NCBI GenBank assembly: GCA_964587785.1
Contig: CAZPMG010000001.1
Span: 1-50,048 of the forward strand
Length of the DNA stretch: 50,048 bases
Source of the DNA: an uncultured Clostridia bacterium
Lineage (GTDB): Bacteria > Bacillota > Clostridia > Christensenellales > HGM11417
Direction: 5' to 3'
The notes under the pieces were generated by a model, which was given only the letters and a program-made list of their open reading frames with translations, was not told where the DNA came from and made no database searches. How positions within the stretch are numbered: position 1 is the first letter of the stretch; each line of letters opens with the position of its first letter. The position numbers and the translations under genes were made by a program. Below, one piece after another: positions 18,170 to 26,209 of this stretch.

Positions 18170-20011
18170 TCAGTTTGTCGGCTGCGGCATTGCGGCCGCT
18201 TGTGCGGCGGCGTTTACAAGCGCATACTGGCTGTGATAAATTTCGTGGTAAAAGCCGCCTTTTTCAAGCAGCTCGGCGTGTTTGCCCTGCTCTACCACGC
18301 TGCCGTTGTCTATGACTAAAATGTGGTCGGCGTCCACTATGGTTGAAAGCCTGTGTGCTATTACAAAGCTTGTGCGTCCCTTCATAAGCCTGTCCATGGC
18401 GCGCTGTATCAATATCTCTGTGCGCGTATCAACGTTTGAGGTGGCTTCGTCGAGTATCAACACCGACCTGTCCGTCAAAAACGCGCGCGCTATTGTGAGC
18501 AGCTGCTTTTGCCCGCCGGATATATTTGCCGTCGCCTCGTCGAGTACGGTGTCATAGCCGCCGGGAAGCGTGTTTATAAAGTGGTCGGCAAACGCGCTCT
18601 CGCACGCGCGCTCAATCTCCTCCCTACTTGCGTCCGGCTTGCCGTAGGCGACGTTTTCAAGCACCGTACCGGAAAACAGCCAGGTTTCCTGCAGCACCAT
18701 GGAGTAAATATCGCGCAGCTGTTCGCGCGGCACATTGCGAATGTCTGTGCCGCCTATCTTTATGCTTCCGTTTTGTATGTCATAAAACCGCATGAGCAGG
18801 TTTACTATCGTGGTCTTGCCCGCGCCCGTAGGCCCGACTATGGCTATCTTTTGGCCGCTCTTGATGTTGAGGTTGAGTCCACGAATGAGCGGCTTTTTTT
18901 CTGTATAGGAAAAATCCACATCGCTGAACACCACGTCGCCGCGCCCGTCTATTGCGCTTCCGGCAACGGCGGTTTCCTCCATTTCCGGAGCGTCAAGCAA
19001 ATCGTACACGCGCTTGCTGGACACCGCCGTGCGCTGAAGCAAGCTTATTGCGCCTGAGATGCCCTCAAGCGGCGCGGCAAACATCTTGGCAAAGAGTATT
19101 ACCTCGACCACCTCGCCCAGCTGCAGCATACCGTTTATGGTAAGCCAGCCGCCGGCAAGGCATATGATTACATAAGCCAGATTGTTTGTAAGCACAATCA
19201 CCGGCCGAACGATTTCCGCAAAGAATGCGCCGCGCGCACTGGAATCGGCTATTATGTCGTTGATTTCCGAGTGCTTGCGCCGTACGGCATTTTCTAAGTT
19301 ATAACCCTTTACCGTCTTGTAGCCGCCGTATATCTCCTCTATATGCGAATAAATTTCGCCGAACTTTTTTTGGGATGTGTCAAAGTAGCGCTCGCCTTTT
19401 TTGGCAAGCAGGCTGGATAATATTACGGTAACCGGAACTACCGCAACCACCGCGGTTGCCATTATCCAGTTTATGCGGTACATCATAAAACCTATGGCAA
19501 ACAGCTGAAGTATGCCCACAATGGTAAGCTCTAATATGCTGTGTATGGTAGTGCCCATCACCGATACGTCGCCCGTCATGCGCGAAATCAGCTCGCCGTT
19601 GGGGGTGGAATCCAAATGGCTTATCGGCATACGCTGCACTTTGTCGGATATGCTTATGCGCAGATTCGCGGTAAAGTGCCGGCTCACGGTTAGGTTCATC
19701 ACCAGCATCTTTGCGGTGTTTAGCACGGACACAGCCGCATACAGCGCAACCAAAGTTACGGCAGAATTGAGAACGGCGTCCATGTCGAGCACGGCGGCTG
19801 CATTGTCCGGGTCCAAATAGTCGTTTACCCTGTTTATTATAGAGCCGAGGATTCCCGGCGTAAACAGCGAGCACGCCACCGCCGCCGCGGACAGCAGGCA
19901 GGCGGCAATAAGCGCCGGATATATACGTTTTGCATCGCGCGCAAGACGCAAAAGCACGTTGCGCTTGGTTTTTTTGTCAAGCTTTTCCGTGTGTTTGCTG
20001 TATTTATTCAT
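18170..20011 (-). CDS. ABC exporter, fused permease/ATPase subunit (canonical nucleotide-binding site)
   Basis: Six-TM domain plus GPTGAGKTT, ISGGQKQL, LILDEATSNVD and FVIAHRLST. The ATG at 20011 has a GGGGGTG SD and overlaps the upstream stop by 8 nt. Confidence 0.9.
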   Translation of the reverse strand: MNKYSKHTEKLDKKTKRNVLLRLARDAKRIYPALIAACLLSAAAVACSLFTPGILGSIINRVNDYLDPDNAAAVLDMDAVLNSAVTLVALYAAVSVLNTAKMLVMNLTVSRHFTANLRISISDKVQRMPISHLDSTPNGELISRMTGDVSVMGTTIHSILELTIVGILQLFAIGFMMYRINWIMATAVVAVVPVTVILSSLLAKKGERYFDTSQKKFGEIYSHIEEIYGGYKTVKGYNLENAVRRKHSEINDIIADSSARGAFFAEIVRPVIVLTNNLAYVIICLAGGWLTINGMLQLGEVVEVILFAKMFAAPLEGISGAISLLQRTAVSSKRVYDLLDAPEMEETAVAGSAIDGRGDVVFSDVDFSYTEKKPLIRGLNLNIKSGQKIAIVGPTGAGKTTIVNLLMRFYDIQNGSIKIGGTDIRNVPREQLRDIYSMVLQETWLFSGTVLENVAYGKPDASREEIERACESAFADHFINTLPGGYDTVLDEATANISGGQKQLLTIARAFLTDRSVLILDEATSNVDTRTEILIQRAMDRLMKGRTSFVIAHRLSTIVDADHILVIDNGSVVEQGKHAELLEKGGFYHEIYHSQYALVNAAAQAAAMPQPTN

Positions 20012-21731
20012 CCAAATCACCCCCTATCTGGGAGCGGTAAATTTCCGCATATACAGGACAATTTGCCATAAGGCTGCCGTGTGCGCCCCTGCCCACAATC
20101 TCGCCGCGGTCAAACACATAGATTGTATCGCAGCTCATTGCCGTGGCGGCGCGCTGCGTTATTATCAGCTGCGTCTTGCCAAGTAGCGCACCTTGGAGGC
20201 TGTTCCTGAGCTTTGATTCCGTTAAAAAATCCAACGCGGAAAAACTGTCGTCAAATATGGTTACGGGCGCGTCTTTTATCAGCGCGCGCGCTATGGCTAT
20301 GCGCTGCTTTTGTCCGCCGGAGAGATTGCTGCCGTTTTGCTCGGTGCGGTAGCTATAGCCCTCGTCCTGCTCAGCGATAAACGTGTCTATCTGCGCAAGT
20401 TTTGCCGCGCGCTCCACCTGCTCATCGGTGGCGTTTAAGCTGCCCATTTTAATATTTTCGCCCACGGTGCCGCTGAATATTGTGGAGTTTTGAAACACGC
20501 AAGCAATGCCGGCGCGTACCTGCGCGGGAGTGTAGTCGTCAAGCGGCAGTCCGCCGAAGTAAATCTTGCCCTCGGTGGGCTGCACAAAACCCATGAGCAT
20601 CTGTACCACCGTGCTCTTGCCCGAACCGTTGCCGCCTATGAAGCACACCGTTTTGCCCTCAGGAATCTCTATGTTCAGGTTTTTTACAGCCGGCTCGGCA
20701 GCATCCTCGTACCTTAGCGTTACATCCTTTAATATTATATCGCCGCAGGGGACTTCCCCCTCGGATACAGGTGCGCTGGCGTCGTAATCGGCAATACTTA
20801 AAACCTCGTTTATCCGGCGGGCGTTTGCCTTTACGCGCGGATAAAACAGTATGGAAAACGTGGAAATCATTATTGCGCTGGAGGTAAGACCCACATACTG
20901 TATTACCGCAAAGATATTGCCCGCCGTGAGCGCAAACCCCTGGCTTACGCGCGCCGCGCCTATATAGGCTATCAGCACGGCGGCAAGGTTTAAAAAGAAC
21001 AGCGAAACAGGGTTTATCAGGTTGCTCATTACGTTTGCGCGTATGATGTTTGAAGCCATGTTGTGCGTGGCCTCTGACATCCTGCCGTGCTCGTGCGGCT
21101 CGCGGTTGAATGCGCGGATTATGCGGATGCCGTTCAGGCGTTCCCGCATGAGCTTGTTTTGGTCGTCGATATATTTGTCGGCGCGCTCCCACAGCGGCAG
21201 CAGGTTCCTGCCCACAAAAAAGACTATGGCTATGATTACGGGCATGGCGGCAAACAGCACAAGCGACAGCATTGCGTCGCGTGACAGCGCCAAGACTATG
21301 CCGCCGATAAAAAGGGTGGGGACTGTTACCACGCCGTACATAAGCATGTCAACCATCTCCCGAAGCATAAAGATGTCCTCGGTGGAGCGCGTCAAGAGCG
21401 CAGCCGGCCCCATCTTGTTAAAATCGGAATATGTAAGCGTGGTGGCTTTTTCAAACACCGCGCTGCGCACGTCTGCGGAAAACCGCGAGGTTATGCGCGA
21501 GGACATCTTTATGGCAACGATAAAGCATGTCAGCCCCAGCGAGGCAATGACAAGCATCTTTGCGCTCTCGATGAGGATATAATTAAAATCACCTTTGTTA
21601 ATGCCGTTGTCCACAATGTTGCTCATGATGCCGGGCAGCGCAAGGTCGGCCGCCACCGTGGCAAGATAGAGCAGTGCTACAAGTATCATCTTTCCCAGCG
21701 AAGGGCGGAGAAAGCGCAATATTTTTAACAT
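20004..21731 (-). CDS. ABC exporter, fused permease/ATPase subunit (degenerate nucleotide-binding site)
   Basis: GGNGSGKST and LSGGQKQR are present. Walker B is followed by Asp rather than Glu (TIFDDSFSALD). The H-loop His is replaced by Gln (IITQRAAT). Confidence 0.9.
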   Translation of the reverse strand: MLKILRFLRPSLGKMILVALLYLATVAADLALPGIMSNIVDNGINKGDFNYILIESAKMLVIASLGLTCFIVAIKMSSRITSRFSADVRSAVFEKATTLTYSDFNKMGPAALLTRSTEDIFMLREMVDMLMYGVVTVPTLFIGGIVLALSRDAMLSLVLFAAMPVIIAIVFFVGRNLLPLWERADKYIDDQNKLMRERLNGIRIIRAFNREPHEHGRMSEATHNMASNIIRANVMSNLINPVSLFFLNLAAVLIAYIGAARVSQGFALTAGNIFAVIQYVGLTSSAIMISTFSILFYPRVKANARRINEVLSIADYDASAPVSEGEVPCGDIILKDVTLRYEDAAEPAVKNLNIEIPEGKTVCFIGGNGSGKSTVVQMLMGFVQPTEGKIYFGGLPLDDYTPAQVRAGIACVFQNSTIFSGTVGENIKMGSLNATDEQVERAAKLAQIDTFIAEQDEGYSYRTEQNGSNLSGGQKQRIAIARALIKDAPVTIFDDSFSALDFLTESKLRNSLQGALLGKTQLIITQRAATAMSCDTIYVFDRGEIVGRGAHGSLMANCPVYAEIYRSQIGGDLDE

Positions 21732-21767
21732 AATTAACCGCCGGATTGTTATTTGCGGCCGGGCAAA

Positions 21768-23453
21768 TCACCTTAATAAGTCAAGTAATTTTTCCGCGCT
21801 TACAGCCACGGCCTTTAATGCGCCCGGCTGAAATGGCGACTGCAGCCCGGCTTCTTTTACAAGGTCGGTAAAGACTTTCATGCCGCCTTTGCCGATAAAT
21901 TCAAAGTAACGGGCAAACGTGCCGTCGCGATTTTTTCTCGACTCAAGCAAAAATTGCAGTGCCACGCTCTGGGCAAGGCAGTAATCTATATAGTAGAAAG
22001 GCATCTCATAAATGTGCATCTGGTATTGCCACCGCGTGCCCTTTTCAATATAAGGTATGCCCTCTGCGCTGAGGTGAGGACGGTACTTTTTTTCAAGCTC
22101 AAGCCATGTTTGGTTGCGCTCGGCCGGGGTCATGTCGGGATTTTCGTATATAAGCTGCTGAAAGTAATCGACAATTACGCCATATGGTATAAATGTCAGG
22201 CTGCCGGCCAAATGCGAATATTTATAATCCTCCGCACGCTCGCCGAAAAACAGCTCCATCCACGGCCAGCACAAAAACTCCATGGACATGGAGTGAACCT
22301 CCGCCGTCTCCATTCCGCCCAAATAAAGCTCGGGGTCGTTGCCGTTTATGCCGCCCAGATAGTCGGCAAGCGCGTGGCCTGCCTCATGCGTTAGTACGTC
22401 CACATCGTCCGCCGTGCCGTTGAAATTTGCCAATATAAACGGCTGCTTGTACTTGGGAAGCGAGCTCATGTAGCCGCCGCCCCACTTTCCGTCGCGCGGC
22501 AGCACGTCAAACGCGTCGTTTTTTATCATCATGTCGATGAACTCGCCTGCCTGCGCGCTCATCTCGTGATACATACGCTTGCCGCTTTCAAATATCTGCT
22601 CTACCGTGCCCTCCGGCGCAGCGTCGCCCTGTTTGAAATACACGTCGTTGTCGTACAGCATCATGGAGTCTATGCCAAGGTTTTTTGCCGCATCACGCTT
22701 TAATGCGGTAACCACCGGGACAACGTCTGTAAGCACATTTTCGCGGAACACCTTCACCGTTTCCTTGTCATAGCACAGCCTTTCCATGCGGTAGTAGCCA
22801 AGCTCCACAAAGTTTTCAAACCCCATCTTGCACGCCATGCGGTGACGGATTTTAACCAGGCGGTCAAATATATCGTCGAGCTGCTCAGATATGCTCTCAA
22901 GCCCCCTGCCCAAAGCCTCGTACGCCTCCCTGCGAACTGCACGGTCGCCGCTCTTCATGTGCTTGCCGAGCAGCGCGCGCGGCAGCTTCTCTCCCCTGAA
23001 CTCAAACAGCGTCTCCGCCATGAGCTTGGTGTATTCGGTGACCACAGCGTTTTCCTGCTGCTTGTCCTCGACTATGCGCTCGTCAAAAGACTTTGAGGAC
23101 ACCTCATAAAATTTAATCAGCGGCTTGGGAAAATGCGCTTTAAGCTCTTCAAGGTAGGGTGATGCCAGCACCGCGCGTATAAACTCAAGTGTCTGGGCGG
23201 CAATCAGCGGATGAATTTCGTCGTAATATTTCATCTCGCCTTGATAAAACTCGTCCTTTGTGTTGAGCGTAAACCTGATGTGCGCAAGCGCCGAGTATGT
23301 TCTAAACTCCACCAAAATCTCAAGGTATTCGGCGCGCGCACTGAGCACGTCCTGCGCGCTGCCGGCGTTTTTAACCTGTTGAGTCACGCGCGCAATATCT
23401 GCCTTTGTGCGCTCAAGGTCCGCCCTTTGATACTTAATTTCACTAACTTTCAT
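21768..23453 (-). CDS. M3 family oligoendopeptidase (PepF-like)
   Basis: 561 aa. HEAGHA zinc motif with a downstream E (EVHSMSME). GGAGGGAGG SD. Confidence 0.85.
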   Translation of the reverse strand: MKVSEIKYQRADLERTKADIARVTQQVKNAGSAQDVLSARAEYLEILVEFRTYSALAHIRFTLNTKDEFYQGEMKYYDEIHPLIAAQTLEFIRAVLASPYLEELKAHFPKPLIKFYEVSSKSFDERIVEDKQQENAVVTEYTKLMAETLFEFRGEKLPRALLGKHMKSGDRAVRREAYEALGRGLESISEQLDDIFDRLVKIRHRMACKMGFENFVELGYYRMERLCYDKETVKVFRENVLTDVVPVVTALKRDAAKNLGIDSMMLYDNDVYFKQGDAAPEGTVEQIFESGKRMYHEMSAQAGEFIDMMIKNDAFDVLPRDGKWGGGYMSSLPKYKQPFILANFNGTADDVDVLTHEAGHALADYLGGINGNDPELYLGGMETAEVHSMSMEFLCWPWMELFFGERAEDYKYSHLAGSLTFIPYGVIVDYFQQLIYENPDMTPAERNQTWLELEKKYRPHLSAEGIPYIEKGTRWQYQMHIYEMPFYYIDYCLAQSVALQFLLESRKNRDGTFARYFEFIGKGGMKVFTDLVKEAGLQSPFQPGALKAVAVSAEKLLDLLR

Positions 23454-23634
23454 TGCTTATACCCTCCCTCCGCGTTTGCCGCTTAAAAGCGCAAACCGTT
23501 AAAAATATATTCCGCCCCAATGGGCATTCGTTTTAAAAAAAAATCTGACCAACATAAATTCTTGCCAATATCTGCTATGTCAAACCCGCACAAAAGCCTC
23601 TGTGCTTGGTAACTTTTAAAATAGAGCCGTTTTA

Positions 23635-23735
23635 GGCGCGTATTTCTCGGTGAGTTGCGGTACGTTAAACCTTTTTATCGGCGGCATAAAAACGCCTTAA
23701 CTGCGCATTTTTACTACCGGGATAAAACTTTGCCC
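23635..23735. repeat. Intergenic ~100-nt element, copy A (partner at 30864-30969)
   Basis: By-eye alignment. The core at 23672-23704 matches 30900-30933 at 31 identical positions. The flanks are similar from GGCGCGTATT to TTTGCCC. Confidence 0.7.
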
Positions 23736-23824
23736 CCATTTGCCGGGGGCGGATTATCTAACAGCCGGATGTGAGCTGTCAGCGTTATTTACGCCGGCTT
23801 TCGGCTGCTTGACGTGATAAATGC

Positions 23825-23852
23825 ATTATACCATAAACGCTCTCTATATCAA
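23825..23852 (-). promoter_or_regulatory. Strong extended -10 promoter on the minus strand (TTGATA-N16-TGgTATAAT) about 370 nt upstream of the M3 peptidase ATG
   Basis: The plus strand has tatcaa at 23847-23852 and attatacca at 23825-23833. Confidence 0.55.
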
Positions 23853-23868
23853 AATTTTTTAATGTGCG

Positions 23869-23958
23869 TAGCCGCGTAATCGCGCGTGTTTTAATTGTTT
23901 ATTATTATGAAATAAAAAAATGCTGAAAGTGCATTAGCCGCGTAATCGCGCGTGTTTT
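23869..23958. repeat. Perfect 24-nt direct repeat TAGCCGCGTAATCGCGCGTGTTTT, two copies (23869-23892 and 23935-23958)
   Basis: Read directly from the sequence. The period is 66 nt and both copies are preceded by GTGC. Confidence 0.9.
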
Positions 23959-24026
23959 TAAGGCAAATCAAAAACGACAAGAATTTAATTTTATAAATTT
24001 GCGCATAAACCGTTTGATATATGTTT

Positions 24027-24065
24027 GCGGCGCGGGCAAATGCCCGCGCCGCAATTTATTTTATC
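24027..24065. terminator. GC-rich hairpin terminator just downstream of tkt; the U-tract is on the plus strand
   Basis: The 26-nt palindrome GCGGCGCGGGCAAATGCCCGCGCCGC forms a 10-11-bp stem with a 4-6-nt loop. It is followed by AATTTATTTTAT on the plus strand. On the minus strand it is followed by AAACATATAT. Confidence 0.7.
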
Positions 24066-24070
24066 AAGTT

Positions 24071-26053
24071 TTAACTGAGCTTTGCCGTTACTTCAAGCGC
24101 CTTTTCCACAACGTTTTCTACGGTGAAACCAAACTCCTTGAATAGCTGATCTGCGGGAGCGCTCGCGCCGAACGTGTCTATACCAACTACCGCGCCGTCA
24201 AGCCCCACATATTTGTACCAACCCGTGGTTGTACCCGCCTCTATGGCCACGCGTGCGCGCACAGACGATGGTATTACACTTTCACGGTACTTTTCCGTTT
24301 GAGCCTCAAACACTTCTACGCAAGGCATGGATACAACGCGTGCGTCCACTCCCTTTTCCCGCAGCTGCTCCTGCGCCTTTACCGCAAGCTCCACCTCGGA
24401 ACCTGTGGCTATGAGGATAAGGTCGGGCTTTTTCTTGTTGCTGTCGGACAGCACATAGCCGCCCTTGAGCGCCTTTGCGCCGCTGCCTTCGTACTGCGGC
24501 AAATTTTGGCGGGTAAGCACAAGCAGCGTAGGCTTTTTGGCGGTGAGCGCGGATATCCATGCCGCGGTGGTTTCCTTGCCGTCCGCCGGGCGGAACACGT
24601 TCAGCCCGGGGATTGCGCGCAAGCCGGTAAGGTGCTCAACCGGCTGGTGCGTGGGGCCGTCCTCGCCCACGCCTATGCTGTCGTGAGTGAGTATATATGT
24701 CACAGGCACGCCCATTATGGCACTCATACGAATTGCGTTTTTCATGTAGTCTGTAAATACAAAGAAGGTCGCGCAATACACGGTAAGCCCGCCGTGAAGC
24801 TGCATTCCGTTGGAGATTGCCGCCATGGCGTGCTCGCGAACGCCAAAGCGCACGTTGCTGCCCGCCTTGTTTTCCGGAGATAAATCCTTACGCGAAGTCA
24901 TGTAGGACTTGTTGGAGGGAGCAAGGTCTGCCGAACCGCCGATTAGATTGGGGATAAGCCCGGCAAGCTTATTCAGCACGGTATAGCTCGTGTTGCGAGT
25001 TGCGTCCGGCTTTTCAAACTTCCACAAGTCCTCGTTGTTTAAAAGGTCGGGCAGCTTGAAATTAAAATGCTTTTCATATTCTGCATACAGCTCGGGATAC
25101 TCTGCCTTGTAAGCCTTAACCAGCCTCTTCCACTTGTTTTCCGCGCGCTTGCCCTTTGCGCCTATTTTGGCGGTGTGCTCATATACTTCCTCGGGCACCT
25201 CAAAGGGTGCACTGTCCCAGTTTAGCGTGCGCTTTGTTGCCGCAAGGCTTTCGCTTCCCAGCGGCGCGCCGTGCGTATCTGAGCTGCCGGCCTTGGGCGA
25301 GCCGTAGCCGATTGTGGTGTGGCACACTATGAGCGAGGGCTTGTCCGCAACCTTTTTTGCTCTCTTGATAGCCTTGGTCACCGCATCGGCGTTGTTGCCG
25401 TCGGCAACGTCTATCACGTGCCAGCCCTGCGCCTCGTGGCGCTTGGCAACATTTTCACGGAAGGCCATGTCAGTGGCTCCCTCTATGGTGATTTCGTTGT
25501 CGTCATACAGCACTATAAGCTTGCCAAGGCCAAGCGTGCCGGCAAGCGAGCCTGCCTCATAGGATATGCCCTCTTGCATACAGCCGTCGCCGCACACTAC
25601 GTATGTGTAATGGTCCACCACGGGAAATCCCGGGCGGTTGAACTTTGCCGCAAGGTGCGCCTCGGCAATCGCCATGCCCACGCCGTTTGCGTAGCCTTGT
25701 CCGAGCGGGCCGGTTGTGGTCTCGATACCCACGGTGTGGCCGTATTCAGGATGGCCGGGGGTCTTGCTGCCCAGTTGGCGAAAATTTTTGAGGTCGTCTA
25801 TGGTGAGGCCGTATCCGAACAGGTGCAGCAGCGAATAGCTGAGCATGGAACCGTGTCCTGCAGAAAGTATAAACCTGTCGCGGTTTTGCCAGTTGGGGTT
25901 TTTGGGATTGTGAACCATGTTTTCCCCCCACACCGAATAACCTATGGGCGCGGCGCCCAGGGGCAGACCGGGATGCCCGGAATTGGCTTTTTGAACCGCT
26001 TCAGCGGATAATACGCGTATGGCGTTTACGGTCAGTTCCTTGATATTGCTCAT
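24071..26053 (-). CDS. tkt: Transketolase
   Basis: NSGHPG, GDGCMQEG (the TPP GDG motif) and HDSIGVGEDGPTHQP. The ATG at 26053 has a GGAGG SD. The track start at 26068 is a TTG. Confidence 0.95.
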   Translation of the reverse strand: MSNIKELTVNAIRVLSAEAVQKANSGHPGLPLGAAPIGYSVWGENMVHNPKNPNWQNRDRFILSAGHGSMLSYSLLHLFGYGLTIDDLKNFRQLGSKTPGHPEYGHTVGIETTTGPLGQGYANGVGMAIAEAHLAAKFNRPGFPVVDHYTYVVCGDGCMQEGISYEAGSLAGTLGLGKLIVLYDDNEITIEGATDMAFRENVAKRHEAQGWHVIDVADGNNADAVTKAIKRAKKVADKPSLIVCHTTIGYGSPKAGSSDTHGAPLGSESLAATKRTLNWDSAPFEVPEEVYEHTAKIGAKGKRAENKWKRLVKAYKAEYPELYAEYEKHFNFKLPDLLNNEDLWKFEKPDATRNTSYTVLNKLAGLIPNLIGGSADLAPSNKSYMTSRKDLSPENKAGSNVRFGVREHAMAAISNGMQLHGGLTVYCATFFVFTDYMKNAIRMSAIMGVPVTYILTHDSIGVGEDGPTHQPVEHLTGLRAIPGLNVFRPADGKETTAAWISALTAKKPTLLVLTRQNLPQYEGSGAKALKGGYVLSDSNKKKPDLILIATGSEVELAVKAQEQLREKGVDARVVSMPCVEVFEAQTEKYRESVIPSSVRARVAIEAGTTTGWYKYVGLDGAVVGIDTFGASAPADQLFKEFGFTVENVVEKALEVTAKLS

Positions 26054-26209
26054 AATATCCTCCGTCAATTATTTAACACATTTAAATTCCGCGCTTAAAG
26101 GGCGGCAAAAATTAAGCAGGCGCAGCGCAAACAAGCTGCTTTAAAACAACCTGCATATTATACTCTAAATCGCATAATTTTACAACCAATACGCTGTAAT
26201 TTTGCGTAT

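Noticed and set aside
23869-23958. CRISPR-like array (also considered for 48116-48251)
   Set aside because: Each locus has only two repeat copies. The 24-nt repeat has a 42-nt AT-rich spacer and the 68-bp units are directly tandem. There are no cas genes in the window.
23454-24070. Large structured ncRNA (OLE, ROOL, GOLLD or 6S-like) in the 617-nt gene-free spacer
   Set aside because: The region is AT-rich with only short local hairpins. I see no long-range complementarity or conserved blocks that I can match to those families. This cannot be fully excluded without cmscan.
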